The notes: generated by a model not told the origin, from the sequence alone. A DNA stretch of 48,971 nucleotides from Minisyncoccota bacterium (GCA_016782605.1 JADHYE010000004.1:1-48971); one strand, 5' to 3'. Positions 18,088-29,649 are shown, counted from the first letter of the stretch. A program made the numbers and translations.

Positions 18088-20274
18088 ATAGTTACCGCGG
18101 ACGTTCACTGGCGCTTCACCCAATGAGCATTCACCTTGCGGCAAACACCCTCGGGATTAACGTTCCAGCACTGGTCAGGCCTCAGCCCCTATACATCCTC
18201 TTACGAGTTTAGCAGGGACCTGTGTTTTTGGTAAACAGCCGCCAGGGGTACTTTCGCTGCGACCGCCCATAGGGCGGTAGATCTTATTGCGAACTTACGA
18301 TCACTTTTTTGCCTAGTTCCTTAACGAGGTTTCACCCGTTCACCTTGGCGCGTTTACGCCAACCCACCTGTGTTGGTTTTGCGGTACGGACCAAACGCAC
18401 TTAACCCTACGAGTTTTTCTAGGCAGTCTGCTCTCCGAGACGGTCAGAACGAATCCTGACCTGGAAATCCAATAATCTTCCCGGAAACTTCAACTGCGTC
18501 ACTCTTCAGAAATGCGCTTGGGGGCCGGAATATTAACCGGCTGTCCATCATCCTAACCTTTCGGTCACGGACTAAGGACCGCCTAACCCTTGGATGATTT
18601 TCATTGCCAAGGAAACCTTGGGTTTTCGGTGTGCCGCTATCTCAGCGGCATTGCGGTTACTCATGCCAACATTCTCTCTTCTCCATCCTCCACCAAACCT
18701 TACAGTTCAGCTTCGCTGGATGAAGAATGCTCCCCTACCCCCTGCACTTTTCGAAAAAAATGCAGAGCCTTATCTTCGGTACTAAGCTTAGTCCCGATAA
18801 ATCTTTGGTGCAAAACTCCTTAGTTAGTAAGCTATTACGCACTTTTTAAAGGGTAGCTGCTTCTAAGCTAACCTCCTAACTATCATAGGCGCTTCACTTC
18901 CTTAAGTACACTTAGCTTAGTTTAGGGACCTTAGATGAAGATCTGGGCTGTTTCCCTTTTGATCATGGAGCTTAGACCCCACAGTCTTACTGGTACTATT
19001 TTTTTCCAGCATTCGGAGTTTGGTAGGAAAATCTAGGCAAAGCCCACGAAATTCCTTCCAGTGCTCTACCTCTGGAAAAATTGAGGTACCGCTAGCCCTA
19101 AAGCTATTTCGGGGAGAACCAGCTATTACCAAGCTCGTTTAGCTTTTCACTTCTTACCACAGCTCATCCCAGAGTGTTGAACGGCTCACGGGTTCGGGCC
19201 TCCTCCCGGATTTCTCCGGAATTCACCCTGGCCATGGCAAGCTCGCTTGGCTTCGGGTCTTGAACATACAACGAAAACGCGCTATTAACGCTTGCTTTCA
19301 CTGAGTCTCCGCCCCAGAAGGGCTTAGACAAGCTGTATGGTCAAACTCGTTGGCTCGTTCTGCAAAAAGCACGCCGTCATCCGCCTCAGCGGCGGACTCC
19401 GACTCTTTGTAAGCATGATGGTTTCAGGTTCTATTTCACCGGGATCACCTCCCTACTTTTCACCTTTCCCTCACGGTACTGGTTCACTATCGGTGAGATT
19501 GAGTATTTAGCCTTAGCCGGTTAGTCCGGCTTGTTTCTCCCAAGGATATCGTTTCTCGGGATACTCAAGATAAATAACAAGGAGCGTAAAGGAGTTTTCG
19601 AATACAGGGCTATTACCTTCTTTGGCTTCTCTTTCCAGAGAGATTCTTCTAACCAACCTCCACCAAAATGTTCTCCCTCGGGTACTAAGCACATAAAAAA
19701 TTATGTGCTCGGCTCCCGACGCTATTTTCTTACAACCCCCATTTTCTCTTGCGAAAAAATAGGTTTGGGCTGTTTCCCTTTTCGCTCGCCGCTACTAAGA
19801 GAATTAACTTCGTTTTCTTTTCCTCTGGGTACTGAGATGTTTCACTTCCCCAGGTTTGCTCGCATTGCAAAACAATGCGTTGCACTGTTTATCGCAGTGC
19901 AGGGTTATCCCATTCGGAAATCCCCGGATCAAAGGTTGCTAGCCACCTCCCCGAGGCTTATCGCAGACACGCCACGTCCTTCGTCGCCTCAATCTCCCAA
20001 GGCATCCACCATCTGCTTGTAAAATTTTTGTTCGCCCAGTTAGTTAGAAATAAATCCAACTAAGCTGAGCTAGCAATTAATAACCACAAAATGAGTATAT
20101 ATTTTTTTTGACGGTTTAAGACGTATTCAGTTTTCAACGAACTTTCCAAACAATCTTTCAATTAAAAATCGCCCCGTTGGAAGCAGGACGATTTCTGAGA
20201 CATAAAAAAACTCAGAAATTTTTAACTGCTTCCTTTGTTTAAGAATTGTCTTGTGTTTCTCATACCTAAAATCA

Positions 20275-20302
20275 ATTTTAGCAAAATATGAATCTCTGTC
20301 AA
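20275..20302 (-). promoter_or_regulatory. Candidate 23S-5S promoter (TTGACA-N16-TAAAAT)
   Basis: Consensus -35 (rc of 20297-20302) and -10 (rc of 20275-20280), immediately after the hairpin that ends the upstream protein gene. Confidence 0.45.
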
Positions 20303-20324
20303 GGGGCTGGAAAACGCCAGCCCC
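20303..20324 (-). terminator. GC-rich hairpin downstream of the 20346-21023 gene
   Basis: Stem GGGGCTGG / CCAGCCCC with a 6-nt loop. The T-tract after it is poor. Confidence 0.4.
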
Positions 20325-20345
20325 AAGAGAGAAGTAATATCGAAT

Positions 20346-21023
20346 TTATTCCTTTAATTTCCTTCTCAAATCCTGCAGCAATTCCGCTGCCACGTCCTTT
20401 CCGCCCAAGCCAAAAGCAATTACAAAAACAGCTACCACTCCATAAACCAAAGCGCCAAACAAAGTGTCAACCATTTCCGGGACAATAAGCAGCTGTCTGA
20501 GAATGGCTAAAATAGCAAAAAGCCAGATAGCCCATTTAACAATCGCTCCAGCAGCACGGGTGTAGTTAAACCTGGCGCTTTCAGCTGCGGCCACCACCAC
20601 TTTCTGAACAATGTCAGCGACAATGGCTGCCACCACAAAAATCAAAGCAGCGACAACAACATTGGGTAAGTAACCAATCACTTTTCCCAAAAGAACGGCA
20701 AAGTCCGACCATCCCAAAATACCGACTGAGATTTGCAGGAAAACGATAATCAAAATCCATTTGACAATCGCTCCGACAAAACTTGAAGGATCGACTTTGA
20801 TTTCCGCTTTTTCCAAAGCGTTTTTCCAGTCTCCCCTGTCAAAAATCTTGTTGAATTTCAGTTTCTTTAATACTTCCGCTATTAATTTACCCAGGAAGAC
20901 TGAAATAAACCAGCCGATGACAAATAATATGATTGCTCCAAGTAAAACAGGAATGAATTGTAAAAAATTCTGCCAAAGAGCTTGAAACGCCTGAATAGTT
21001 GCTGAATACCAATCTAAAACCAT
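20346..21023 (-). CDS. Conserved-TM-helix-repeat membrane protein (mechanosensitive-channel-related family)
   Basis: 225 aa; repeated hydrophobic modules with a GAIVKW-type motif, as in TM_helix-repeat proteins. Located between tRNA-Ala and the 23S gene. Confidence 0.55.
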   Translation of the reverse strand: MVLDWYSATIQAFQALWQNFLQFIPVLLGAIILFVIGWFISVFLGKLIAEVLKKLKFNKIFDRGDWKNALEKAEIKVDPSSFVGAIVKWILIIVFLQISVGILGWSDFAVLLGKVIGYLPNVVVAALIFVVAAIVADIVQKVVVAAAESARFNYTRAAGAIVKWAIWLFAILAILRQLLIVPEMVDTLFGALVYGVVAVFVIAFGLGGKDVAAELLQDLRRKLKE

Positions 21024-21196
21024 GGTTTTAATTCTTAAATTAATTTTATTCGACCTTTACCGAAGACATAATTTAAATAGGCTCAGATTTGCGAATATTA
21101 AGGTATTATAGCATTGCAAGAGAAACAAAAAAGCTTCCCTGTGGAAAACTTTTATGAGCTCGCGTATATCAGTTGAAACCAGATTATAAAGTTTCT

Positions 21197-21610
21197 CTAT
21201 TTAATCAACGACAAATCCCCATTGATAACAATCGGCCTTACTGCCTCAATCTCGGTTTTGTAATAAGGAATTTCCGGAACGGGATTAAGCAAAAAGATTT
21301 TCTGATTCAATACGTGGGCAAAGCCGATCTCCATTAAGCCATTGCCGCCGATATAATTCTTAATACCGTTTTTATCGTAATTCAAAACAAGAATAGCATC
21401 GGCCCCCTGCATCTTTTTCCAAAATTCCCGTATCGCATCCATATTATATTTTTGATGCAGTTTAATTTTTTCTTTTTCTTCATCGGTTTTGCCAACCAAC
21501 GCTTTATAAAGATCTGTTACAAAAGCATCATGTCCAAACTTAATAAGCTCGTCACGAGCCTCAAGCATTTTTTCCGTAAATTGCATACTGCCGATAATTC
21601 CTATTCTCAT
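21197..21610 (-). CDS. Nucleoside 2-deoxyribosyltransferase-like small Rossmann-like protein
   Basis: 137 aa; MRIGIIGS N-terminus, then ADAILVLNYDKNG..NYIGGNGLMEIGFA, a pattern reminiscent of NDT-like proteins. Assigned from motif memory only. Confidence 0.4.
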   Translation of the reverse strand: MRIGIIGSMQFTEKMLEARDELIKFGHDAFVTDLYKALVGKTDEEKEKIKLHQKYNMDAIREFWKKMQGADAILVLNYDKNGIKNYIGGNGLMEIGFAHVLNQKIFLLNPVPEIPYYKTEIEAVRPIVINGDLSLIK

Positions 21611-21629
21611 AGATATAAATAAATTAAAG

Positions 21630-21703
21630 TGGACCCGAGCGGACTCGAACCGCTGACCTCCTCATTGCAAATGAGGCGTTCTAGCCAACTGAACTACGGG
21701 CCC
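21630..21703 (-). tRNA. tRNA-Ala (UGC)
   Basis: Cloverleaf folded by hand. Acceptor GGGCCCG/CGGGTCC includes the G3:U70 Ala identity pair. Anticodon loop TTTGCAA. No encoded CCA. Confidence 0.9.
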
Positions 21704-21708
21704 AAAAC

Positions 21709-21784
21709 TGGTGGGCGGCGAAGGAATCGAACCTTCGACCTCTGCTTTATCAGAGCAGCGTTCTAACCACTGAACTAGCCGCCC
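21709..21784 (-). tRNA. tRNA-Ile (GAU)
   Basis: Cloverleaf folded by hand; anticodon loop CTGATAA; T-loop TTCGATT; CCA is encoded. Confidence 0.9.
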
Positions 21785-22045
21785 AATATATTCCCAGTAT
21801 ATCAAAAAAAAGTTAAAAAACAAGCTTCCATTTATGGAAGCGAAGTTGAAGAGAAGATGAAAACTTCGTTTTCATCGCCTCGCCAAACAAATTAAAAAAT
21901 ACGCTTCCGCGTATTAATTAATTCAGTCACTTGAAGCTGTCCCGAAAGCCAACCTTTAAGGTACGCTGGCCAGCACCTCAGAGTCAAAGAGAGAATTCTT
22001 CCCCTTCAACTCCAGCCGACACTTTGTTCTAATCAAAAAAATTAG

Positions 22046-23990
<1,945 letters not shown>

Positions 23991-24262
23991 AATAAATTCG
24001 GGACAACTTCAAATAACTGATACTTCGACAGGCTCAGTATTAGTCCTGAGTTTGCCGAAGGACTGACTCTTTTAACTGACTTGTTTCGTTATTAAATTTT
24101 CAAGGTTCTTCCCTCCGGCATTCAGGGTATAAAAAAACAGGAAGAGATTCCTGATTCCAACGAATTCTCTTTGTCTGCAGCTTTCCTTAGCAGCAGCAGC
24201 AACATTCTGATTTTTTCTTCTTTTTCTTTTTAGCCATATGTTTGTCTTTCTTTCTGTTTCTA

Positions 24263-24290
24263 ATTCTACTTTTTTAAAACTTCTTGTCAA
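24263..24290 (-). promoter_or_regulatory. Candidate 16S promoter (TTGACA-N16-TAGAAT)
   Basis: Consensus -35 (rc of 24285-24290) and a good -10 (rc of 24263-24268), just downstream of tRNA-Thr and about 270 nt upstream of the 16S 5' end. Confidence 0.45.
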
Positions 24291-24299
24291 GCCTTTCAA

Positions 24300-24371
24300 A
24301 GCCGGCAGCAGGATTTGAACCCGCGACCCACAGTTTACAAAACTGTTGCTCTACCACTGAGCTATGCCGGC
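24300..24371 (-). tRNA. tRNA-Thr (UGU)
   Basis: Cloverleaf folded by hand; acceptor GCCGGCA/TGCCGGC; anticodon loop TTTGTAA. Confidence 0.9.
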
Positions 24372-24381
24372 ACAAAAAACA

Positions 24382-24717
24382 CTATTTCCTGGTGTGGTTC
24401 TTTATCTCTCGCCAATAGTTATCGTCTTCGTCAAATTTCTTTTTCTGTCCCCTTTCCCTCAGTTTCTGCAGCCAGTTTGAAGTTTTGTTGTCCGTTTTTA
24501 AAGTCAAAACCCTTACCCTGGAAAGTATTTTCTGCAGAAAGATTTCAAAAGAGAAGTTGCCAGTAGGAAATAAATCCTTAACCCCTGTCAACCATTCTTT
24601 CCAATTGAAAGGCGCGGTTTCCGGCAACTGTAAAAGCAGGGGTATTTTCTTCAGTATGATCACCGCCAAAACGATTAAACTCAAAAGAAAAACGATGAAA
24701 ACGATTATTGACATCAT
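24382..24717 (-). CDS. Small membrane-anchored hypothetical protein
   Basis: 111 aa; an N-terminal TM helix followed by a charged tail. No recognisable family. Confidence 0.5.
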   Translation of the reverse strand: MMSIIVFIVFLLSLIVLAVIILKKIPLLLQLPETAPFNWKEWLTGVKDLFPTGNFSFEIFLQKILSRVRVLTLKTDNKTSNWLQKLRERGQKKKFDEDDNYWREIKNHTRK

Positions 24718-24722
24718 AATTT

Positions 24723-25166
24723 TTAAATTTCGTACCTGGTAAAGTTTTTGACAACGATGTTTTCGCCTGTTCTTGCGATGTAATCGTCAATCAAATCCTT
24801 TAATATCTTTGCCTGGTCTTTTACCCAGGGCTGCTCCAGTAAAGGGAGCTCCTCCCTGATAGCAGCGATCTGCAAGCATAATTCGTGGGCCAGATTCTGG
24901 AAATCCTGGCCTTTGGCGACAAAATCCGTTTCGCAGTTCAGTTCCAATAAAACTCCTATCTTTTTGTTAGGGTGGATGTAGCTGGCGATAATTCCCTGTT
25001 CTGCTCCCCTGCCTGCTTTTTTGCCCGCAAAATCTTTCCCCCATTTTTTCAAAATATCCTTTGCTTTGGCCAAATTTCCCTTTGCTTCCTCAAGCGCTTT
25101 TTTGCAGTCGGAAACAGCAGCAGCCGTCTCTTCCCTTAATTGTTTTACCTGGTCGATTGAAACCAT
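24723..25166 (-). CDS. tsf: Elongation factor Ts (short form)
   Basis: 147 aa; UBA-like N-terminus (VKQLREETAAAVSDCKKALEE) and the conserved LELNCETDFVAK core. Follows rpsB as usual. Confidence 0.85.
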   Translation of the reverse strand: MVSIDQVKQLREETAAAVSDCKKALEEAKGNLAKAKDILKKWGKDFAGKKAGRGAEQGIIASYIHPNKKIGVLLELNCETDFVAKGQDFQNLAHELCLQIAAIREELPLLEQPWVKDQAKILKDLIDDYIARTGENIVVKNFTRYEI

Positions 25167-25167
25167 G

Positions 25168-25953
25168 TTATTTCTTGGGTTTGGCTTTTGATTTTTTGTC
25201 CAGTATCGCCTTTTTCACTTTTTCCAAAATATACTTTATTGAGCTGACGGCATCGTCATTAGCCGGTATGGGATAATCAGCCAAAGTCGGATCGCAATTA
25301 GTATCAACTACGGCAATAACAGTCACGCCTTTTCTTTTTGACTCTTTTATGGCTAAAGTGTCTTTCTGCATGTCCAGCACAAAAACAGCGTCGGGAATTC
25401 TGGTTAATTCCTTTATTCCTCCCACTTTCGCTTCAAGGGTTCTCAGCTCCTTGTCTATCATCGATTTTTCTTTCTTGGTGTATTTTTCCAACTCCCCTGA
25501 AGATTTTTTCTCTTCCAAATCCTTAAAGTAATCAATTCGTTTTTTAATCGTTTCAAAGTTAGTGAAGGTGCCACCCAGCCATCTTTCAGAAACAAAAGAC
25601 AAACCGCACTCTTTGGCAACAGACTTTACCATCTCTTTCATCTGGATTTTCGTGCCGACAAGCAGCAATATCTTCTCTTCTGAAATCAGCTGCTGGATGA
25701 AATTCAAAGCTTCTTTCAATTTTTCAGCTGTTTTTTCCAAATCAAAAACATGAACGGCGTTCCTGGCGCCGAATAAATACGGCTTTATCTTCGGATGGAC
25801 GCTCGAAGCTTTATGCCCGAAATGAACTCCTGCCTGAGTCATTTCCTCAACGTCTATGCCGAAGGTCGAAGAGGACTTCGCACTCTTCTTCACCTCCGCT
25901 TCCCTTGGAAGTTCGGTATCATATTGTTTTGTTTTCTTTTTTGTTTCTGTCAT
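25168..25953 (-). CDS. rpsB: 30S ribosomal protein S2
   Basis: 261 aa; the GVHFGH motif and S2 core. A lysine-rich tail is present. Confidence 0.95.
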   Translation of the reverse strand: MTETKKKTKQYDTELPREAEVKKSAKSSSTFGIDVEEMTQAGVHFGHKASSVHPKIKPYLFGARNAVHVFDLEKTAEKLKEALNFIQQLISEEKILLLVGTKIQMKEMVKSVAKECGLSFVSERWLGGTFTNFETIKKRIDYFKDLEEKKSSGELEKYTKKEKSMIDKELRTLEAKVGGIKELTRIPDAVFVLDMQKDTLAIKESKRKGVTVIAVVDTNCDPTLADYPIPANDDAVSSIKYILEKVKKAILDKKSKAKPKK

Positions 25954-26066
25954 GAAAAATATTCGCTTTTGAATATAGCACGGATAAAAATTAATATCAA
26001 GCTAAAGGGTTGATTTTTTTTCCAGCCTTGCTAAGATATTAAAGGACAATTAAAATATTATCACAT

Positions 26067-26204
26067 ATACCCTGTAATACAACATCCAGAATACTTCGTA
26101 TTAAAATATCAAACAAAGTTATTATGTTAAATATATTATTAAATAAAAACAGCCTTCAGAGTGTTTTCGCATTGAAAATGCCTGGATGTTGATATACAGG
26201 GTAT
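26067..26204 (+). promoter_or_regulatory. Long-range inverted repeat enclosing the rpmE leader and start codon
   Basis: ATACCCTGTAATACAACATCCAG (26067-26089) pairs at 20/23 positions with CTGGATGTTGATATACAGGGTAT (26182-26204). The right arm ends inside the rpmE ATG. Confidence 0.45.
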
Positions 26205-26433
26205 GAAAAAAGATATCCATCCCAAATACCACGAGAACGCCCAAGTCCGCTGCGCCTGCGGAAACGTTTTTACCGTTGGTTCGACAAAAGAAGTGATTGA
26301 AGTGGAGGTCTGCTCTTCCTGCCATCCCTTTTACACCGGCAAGGAAAAGAGCATGGACGCAGTGGGACAGGTTCAGAAATTCAGGAAAAGACTGGCCAGA
26401 AAAGAAGAACTGAAAGGAAAAAAGAAAAAGTGA
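26203..26433 (+). CDS. rpmE: 50S ribosomal protein L31
   Basis: 76 aa; MKKDIHPKY, and a CxC...CxxCHPFYTG zinc-ribbon form. Confidence 0.95.
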   Translation: MKKDIHPKYHENAQVRCACGNVFTVGSTKEVIEVEVCSSCHPFYTGKEKSMDAVGQVQKFRKRLARKEELKGKKKK

Positions 26434-26434
26434 A

Positions 26435-27487
26435 ATGTTGAACCTTGAAAAGGTGAAAACAGAATACCAAGAACTCTTAGAGCAGCTCAGCGATCCTGAG
26501 CTAATTTCAAATTGGGATAAATTCGAAGAGCTGAATAAAAGAAAAATCTTTCTTGAAAAAATCATTGAAAAGGAAAAAGAAATTGAAGACTTAAATAACA
26601 AAATCGAGGAAAACAAAGCAATCCTGAATTCCCAGGAAGACAGAGAGCTTTTCTCTCTGGCGGAAACGGAAATAGGGCAGCTAAATGAAAAATTAAAGAA
26701 TGTTGAACAGGAAATCCAAAAACTATCAACAGAAGAAACAAAATCTTCAAAAAACGCTGACTTGGCAAAAGCAGCCATTATTGAAATAAGGGCTGGCACC
26801 GGAGGCGAAGAAGCAGCTCTTTTTGCCGCAGATCTATTCAGAATGTATTCAAGATACGCTCAATTAAAAGGATGGAAACAAAAAGTCCTGGATTCAAGGC
26901 CGAGCGAAATAGGCGGCTTCAAAGAAATAGTTTTTGAAATCAAAGACGGTGAAATATGGCCTGCCATGAAAAACGAGGCAGGCGTTCACCGGGTACAAAG
27001 AATTCCAACCACCGAAAAATCAGGCAGAGTCCACACTTCAACAGCTTCAGTAGCTGTTCTGGCCAAACCGAAAAAAGGAAAATTGATCATCAACCCCAAA
27101 GATCTGAAACTCGATACATATAAAGCGTCAGGTCCCGGAGGCCAATACGTCAATAAAAGAGAAACAGCTGTCAGAATCACCCACTTGCCGACAAACACCG
27201 TTGTCACTTCGCAAACAGAAAGAAACCTGCAGCAGAACAAGGAAAACGCATTGGCCATTCTGGAAGCGAGGATACTGGAAAAAACAGTCAAAGAAGAAGA
27301 AAAGAAATTGAAAGACGCAAGGAAAACGCAAATAGGCAAAGCGGAAAGATCAGAAAAGATAAGGACCTACAATTTTCCCCAAAACAGGGTGACCGACCAC
27401 AGAATAAAAAAAAGCTTCCATAATATTGAAAAAATCATGGAAGGAAACTTGGACCCGCTAATCGATTCTCTCAAGGAAAACCTCTAA
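26435..27487 (+). CDS. prfA: Peptide chain release factor 1
   Basis: 350 aa; GGQ motif (SGPGGQYVNK) and an RF1-type tripeptide region (RIPTTE). Confidence 0.9.
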   Translation: MLNLEKVKTEYQELLEQLSDPELISNWDKFEELNKRKIFLEKIIEKEKEIEDLNNKIEENKAILNSQEDRELFSLAETEIGQLNEKLKNVEQEIQKLSTEETKSSKNADLAKAAIIEIRAGTGGEEAALFAADLFRMYSRYAQLKGWKQKVLDSRPSEIGGFKEIVFEIKDGEIWPAMKNEAGVHRVQRIPTTEKSGRVHTSTASVAVLAKPKKGKLIINPKDLKLDTYKASGPGGQYVNKRETAVRITHLPTNTVVTSQTERNLQQNKENALAILEARILEKTVKEEEKKLKDARKTQIGKAERSEKIRTYNFPQNRVTDHRIKKSFHNIEKIMEGNLDPLIDSLKENL

Positions 27488-28849
27488 TTATTTGCTTGCT
27501 TCAAGTATCTTAATGTCGTCTGCAAAACCGTCAGCTATCTTTAACACGCTGTTAGCGTAAAAAGAGTATTTAGAATTGAGCGAACCTGCAAAATAGTACA
27601 TGGCTGCTGCCCATTCAGCATCCCTGGTTTGTTTTGCCGCTCCGTATCTTGCAAGATAAAGTCCGGAAGCCAGGAAAGCGTCCTGGATATTCCAGGGATT
27701 GGCAGGTCTGCCGAGAATCTTTGCCAAATCGCTCTTGTAAATCATCCAGGTTGTCGGAATGAACTGGGCAGGCCCCATTGCTCCTCCATACCCAAAGCTC
27801 ATCGGGCAGGAAACCGGAGTTTTGTAAGGATCCATTCCCAGCTCTCTGGTTATTGTCAGGAAGGCTTCAACATCTCCTTTTCTGCCGGAAAGCCCCATCG
27901 GCTTCATAACGTTTTTTATTGAAGCGCCGGTATTGATGTTTATTCCGGCTGCTGTCGCAGCATTGGACAAATAGCATTGCCCAACATTCTTGCCGATGGC
28001 TGATTCCTGCTGCAAAACTGCCAGTAAAAATGCCGGCCTGACGCCTGTCAAACCTTCAACCCATTTGGCGATTGAATAGGCTTCTCCGAAAGTGGGAGCT
28101 TTAGTTATACCGACCACATCAAAAATCCTGGCTCTGATTTCAGCTGCTTTTGCCTCTGTTGCCTGCTTTTCTTTCAGATACTGCTGGTATTGGGTTTCTG
28201 TCAGCTGCAAGAAATATTCCTGCTGTTTTTGCACGTTCTGACTTTCCTGTTTTTGCAGAGTCTGCATTTTAAGGGCGCTCTCCAAATCGCCTTTTTCAGT
28301 GTCCAAAGACTGTTTCTGACCTTCCAAAGAAGTTTTCAAACCTTTGATCTCCTGCAGAAAGTCGTGGCTTTTTTCATCCAAAGTTTCCAGGGCCATCAGA
28401 TTTTCGAAAAACTCTGATATGTCAACGCCTGAAAGCAAAATCTCAACAAGCGAGGTCTGGTCTTCCTCATAAATGATTTGCAGAATAGCTGCCAGCTGAT
28501 TCCTCATGTTCCCGATTTGCGAAAACGTCTGATCTATCGAGCCCTCGGTATCTTTTATCTGATAGCTGATGTCTTTTATCATGACGCTGCTTTGCTGTAT
28601 CTGCAAATCTATTTTCTTAACTTTTGATTTTAAGGTGCTGATCTGATTCTGGAGATTTTTTTTCTCCTGTTCTGTTTTTCCGATAACCTGTTCCAATTTT
28701 GCAATCTCGTCCTCGTACTGCTGCAGCAAAGCCTCGCACTCTTCCTTGGTTTTACAGTCTTCCTGGGCAAGAATATATAAATTAGGCAATATTAAACCAA
28801 AGACCAAACAAATCAGCAGAATTGGTTTTAACAGTTTGGAGATCTTCAT
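27488..28849 (-). CDS. Secreted coiled-coil protein with a C-terminal lytic-transglycosylase-like domain
   Basis: 453 aa; signal/TM segment, about 230 aa of heptad-rich coiled coil, then an MltB/SLT_2-like region (LLAVLQQESAIG, GAMGPAQFIP). Confidence 0.6.
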   Translation of the reverse strand: MKISKLLKPILLICLVFGLILPNLYILAQEDCKTKEECEALLQQYEDEIAKLEQVIGKTEQEKKNLQNQISTLKSKVKKIDLQIQQSSVMIKDISYQIKDTEGSIDQTFSQIGNMRNQLAAILQIIYEEDQTSLVEILLSGVDISEFFENLMALETLDEKSHDFLQEIKGLKTSLEGQKQSLDTEKGDLESALKMQTLQKQESQNVQKQQEYFLQLTETQYQQYLKEKQATEAKAAEIRARIFDVVGITKAPTFGEAYSIAKWVEGLTGVRPAFLLAVLQQESAIGKNVGQCYLSNAATAAGININTGASIKNVMKPMGLSGRKGDVEAFLTITRELGMDPYKTPVSCPMSFGYGGAMGPAQFIPTTWMIYKSDLAKILGRPANPWNIQDAFLASGLYLARYGAAKQTRDAEWAAAMYYFAGSLNSKYSFYANSVLKIADGFADDIKILEASK

Positions 28850-29538
28850 TTTTCCTTGGGTTCTTCCTCTTTTTTTTCTTCTTTTTCTTGAGATTCTTCT
28901 TCAGCAGCTTCTGGTTCTTTTTCGCCCTCAACCGGCACTTCTTCTGCTGCTTTTTCTTCTTCTAGAGACTTGGCTAATTCTTCTTCCACTTTTTCTGGTT
29001 CAGCAACAAAAATAACTGTTTCTTCCGGATCCTTGAGAATCTTCACCTCTTTTGGCACAAGCAAATCCTTAACCAGAATATTGTCTTCAAACGTTTTCAG
29101 CATGCCGATATCAACCTTAATTTCATGGGGAAGATTCTGAGGCAGAGCTTTCACTTCCAACTCATGGATATTTTTGACCAGAGTGCCTCCAAGATTCTTT
29201 ATCGCTTCCGATTCCCCTTCAAAAACCAAAGGAATGTGGGCTGTAATTTCCTCGTCTAATCTTGGCTGGTAAAAATCAACATGAAGCGGCTTTTGGGAAA
29301 GGCAATCAATTTCAACAGCATTAATCAGAACCAAAAACTTTTCCTGGCCGACAAAAAGCTGCAGCAAAGAGCTTTCGCCAGCTGCCTTGTAAGCTTTTTC
29401 AAATTCCTTCAAATCAACCTCTAATGAGGCGTTCTTTATTTTGGGGCCGTATAAAACCGCGGGAATAATCCCCTTTTGCCTTATCTTTTTTACTTTTTTG
29501 CCAAAATCTTTCCTGACTTTGGCCGAAAGATTAATCAT
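28846..29538 (-). CDS. rplY: 50S ribosomal protein L25 (Ctc form) with an acidic/lysine-rich tail
   Basis: 230 aa; L25/Ctc N- and C-domains, followed by a low-complexity E/K tail. Confidence 0.85.
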   Translation of the reverse strand: MINLSAKVRKDFGKKVKKIRQKGIIPAVLYGPKIKNASLEVDLKEFEKAYKAAGESSLLQLFVGQEKFLVLINAVEIDCLSQKPLHVDFYQPRLDEEITAHIPLVFEGESEAIKNLGGTLVKNIHELEVKALPQNLPHEIKVDIGMLKTFEDNILVKDLLVPKEVKILKDPEETVIFVAEPEKVEEELAKSLEEEKAAEEVPVEGEKEPEAAEEESQEKEEKKEEEPKEK

Positions 29539-29543
29539 GTATC

Positions 29544-29563
29544 GAAATAAATTGAAAATTTAT
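29544..29563. repeat. 20-nt palindromic leader motif, copy 1
   Basis: GAAATAAATTGAAAATTTAT is identical to 31396-31415. It lies 5 nt upstream of the L25 start codon (minus strand). Confidence 0.8.
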
Positions 29564-29611
29564 GAGATGTGAAATGAATCAACGGATTCATTGAACTTTG
29601 TTTACTGAGGC

Positions 29612-29642
29612 GAGAAGATGAAAACCAAGTTTTCATCTTCTC
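29612..29642 (-). terminator. 14-bp hairpin downstream of the aldolase gene
   Basis: GAGAAGATGAAAAC-CAA-GTTTTCATCTTCTC. It belongs to the GAAAAC-N3-GTTTTC hairpin family. There is no clean T-tract. Confidence 0.45.
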
Positions 29643-29649
29643 TTCCCCC

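Noticed and set aside
24072-24299. 75-aa minus-strand ORF between tRNA-Thr and 16S
   Set aside because: It covers the predicted 16S promoter and leader. It is basic and of low complexity, so it is most likely non-coding.
26431-26433. Alternative genetic code (UGA recoded, as in some CPR lineages)
   Set aside because: rpmE ends at a TGA one nucleotide before the prfA ATG at the expected length. All conserved genes read through at normal lengths with standard stop codons. Code 11 fits.
26122-26799. 225-aa minus-strand ORF
   Set aside because: Low-complexity Ser/Phe-rich translation, antisense to the well-supported rpmE and prfA genes.
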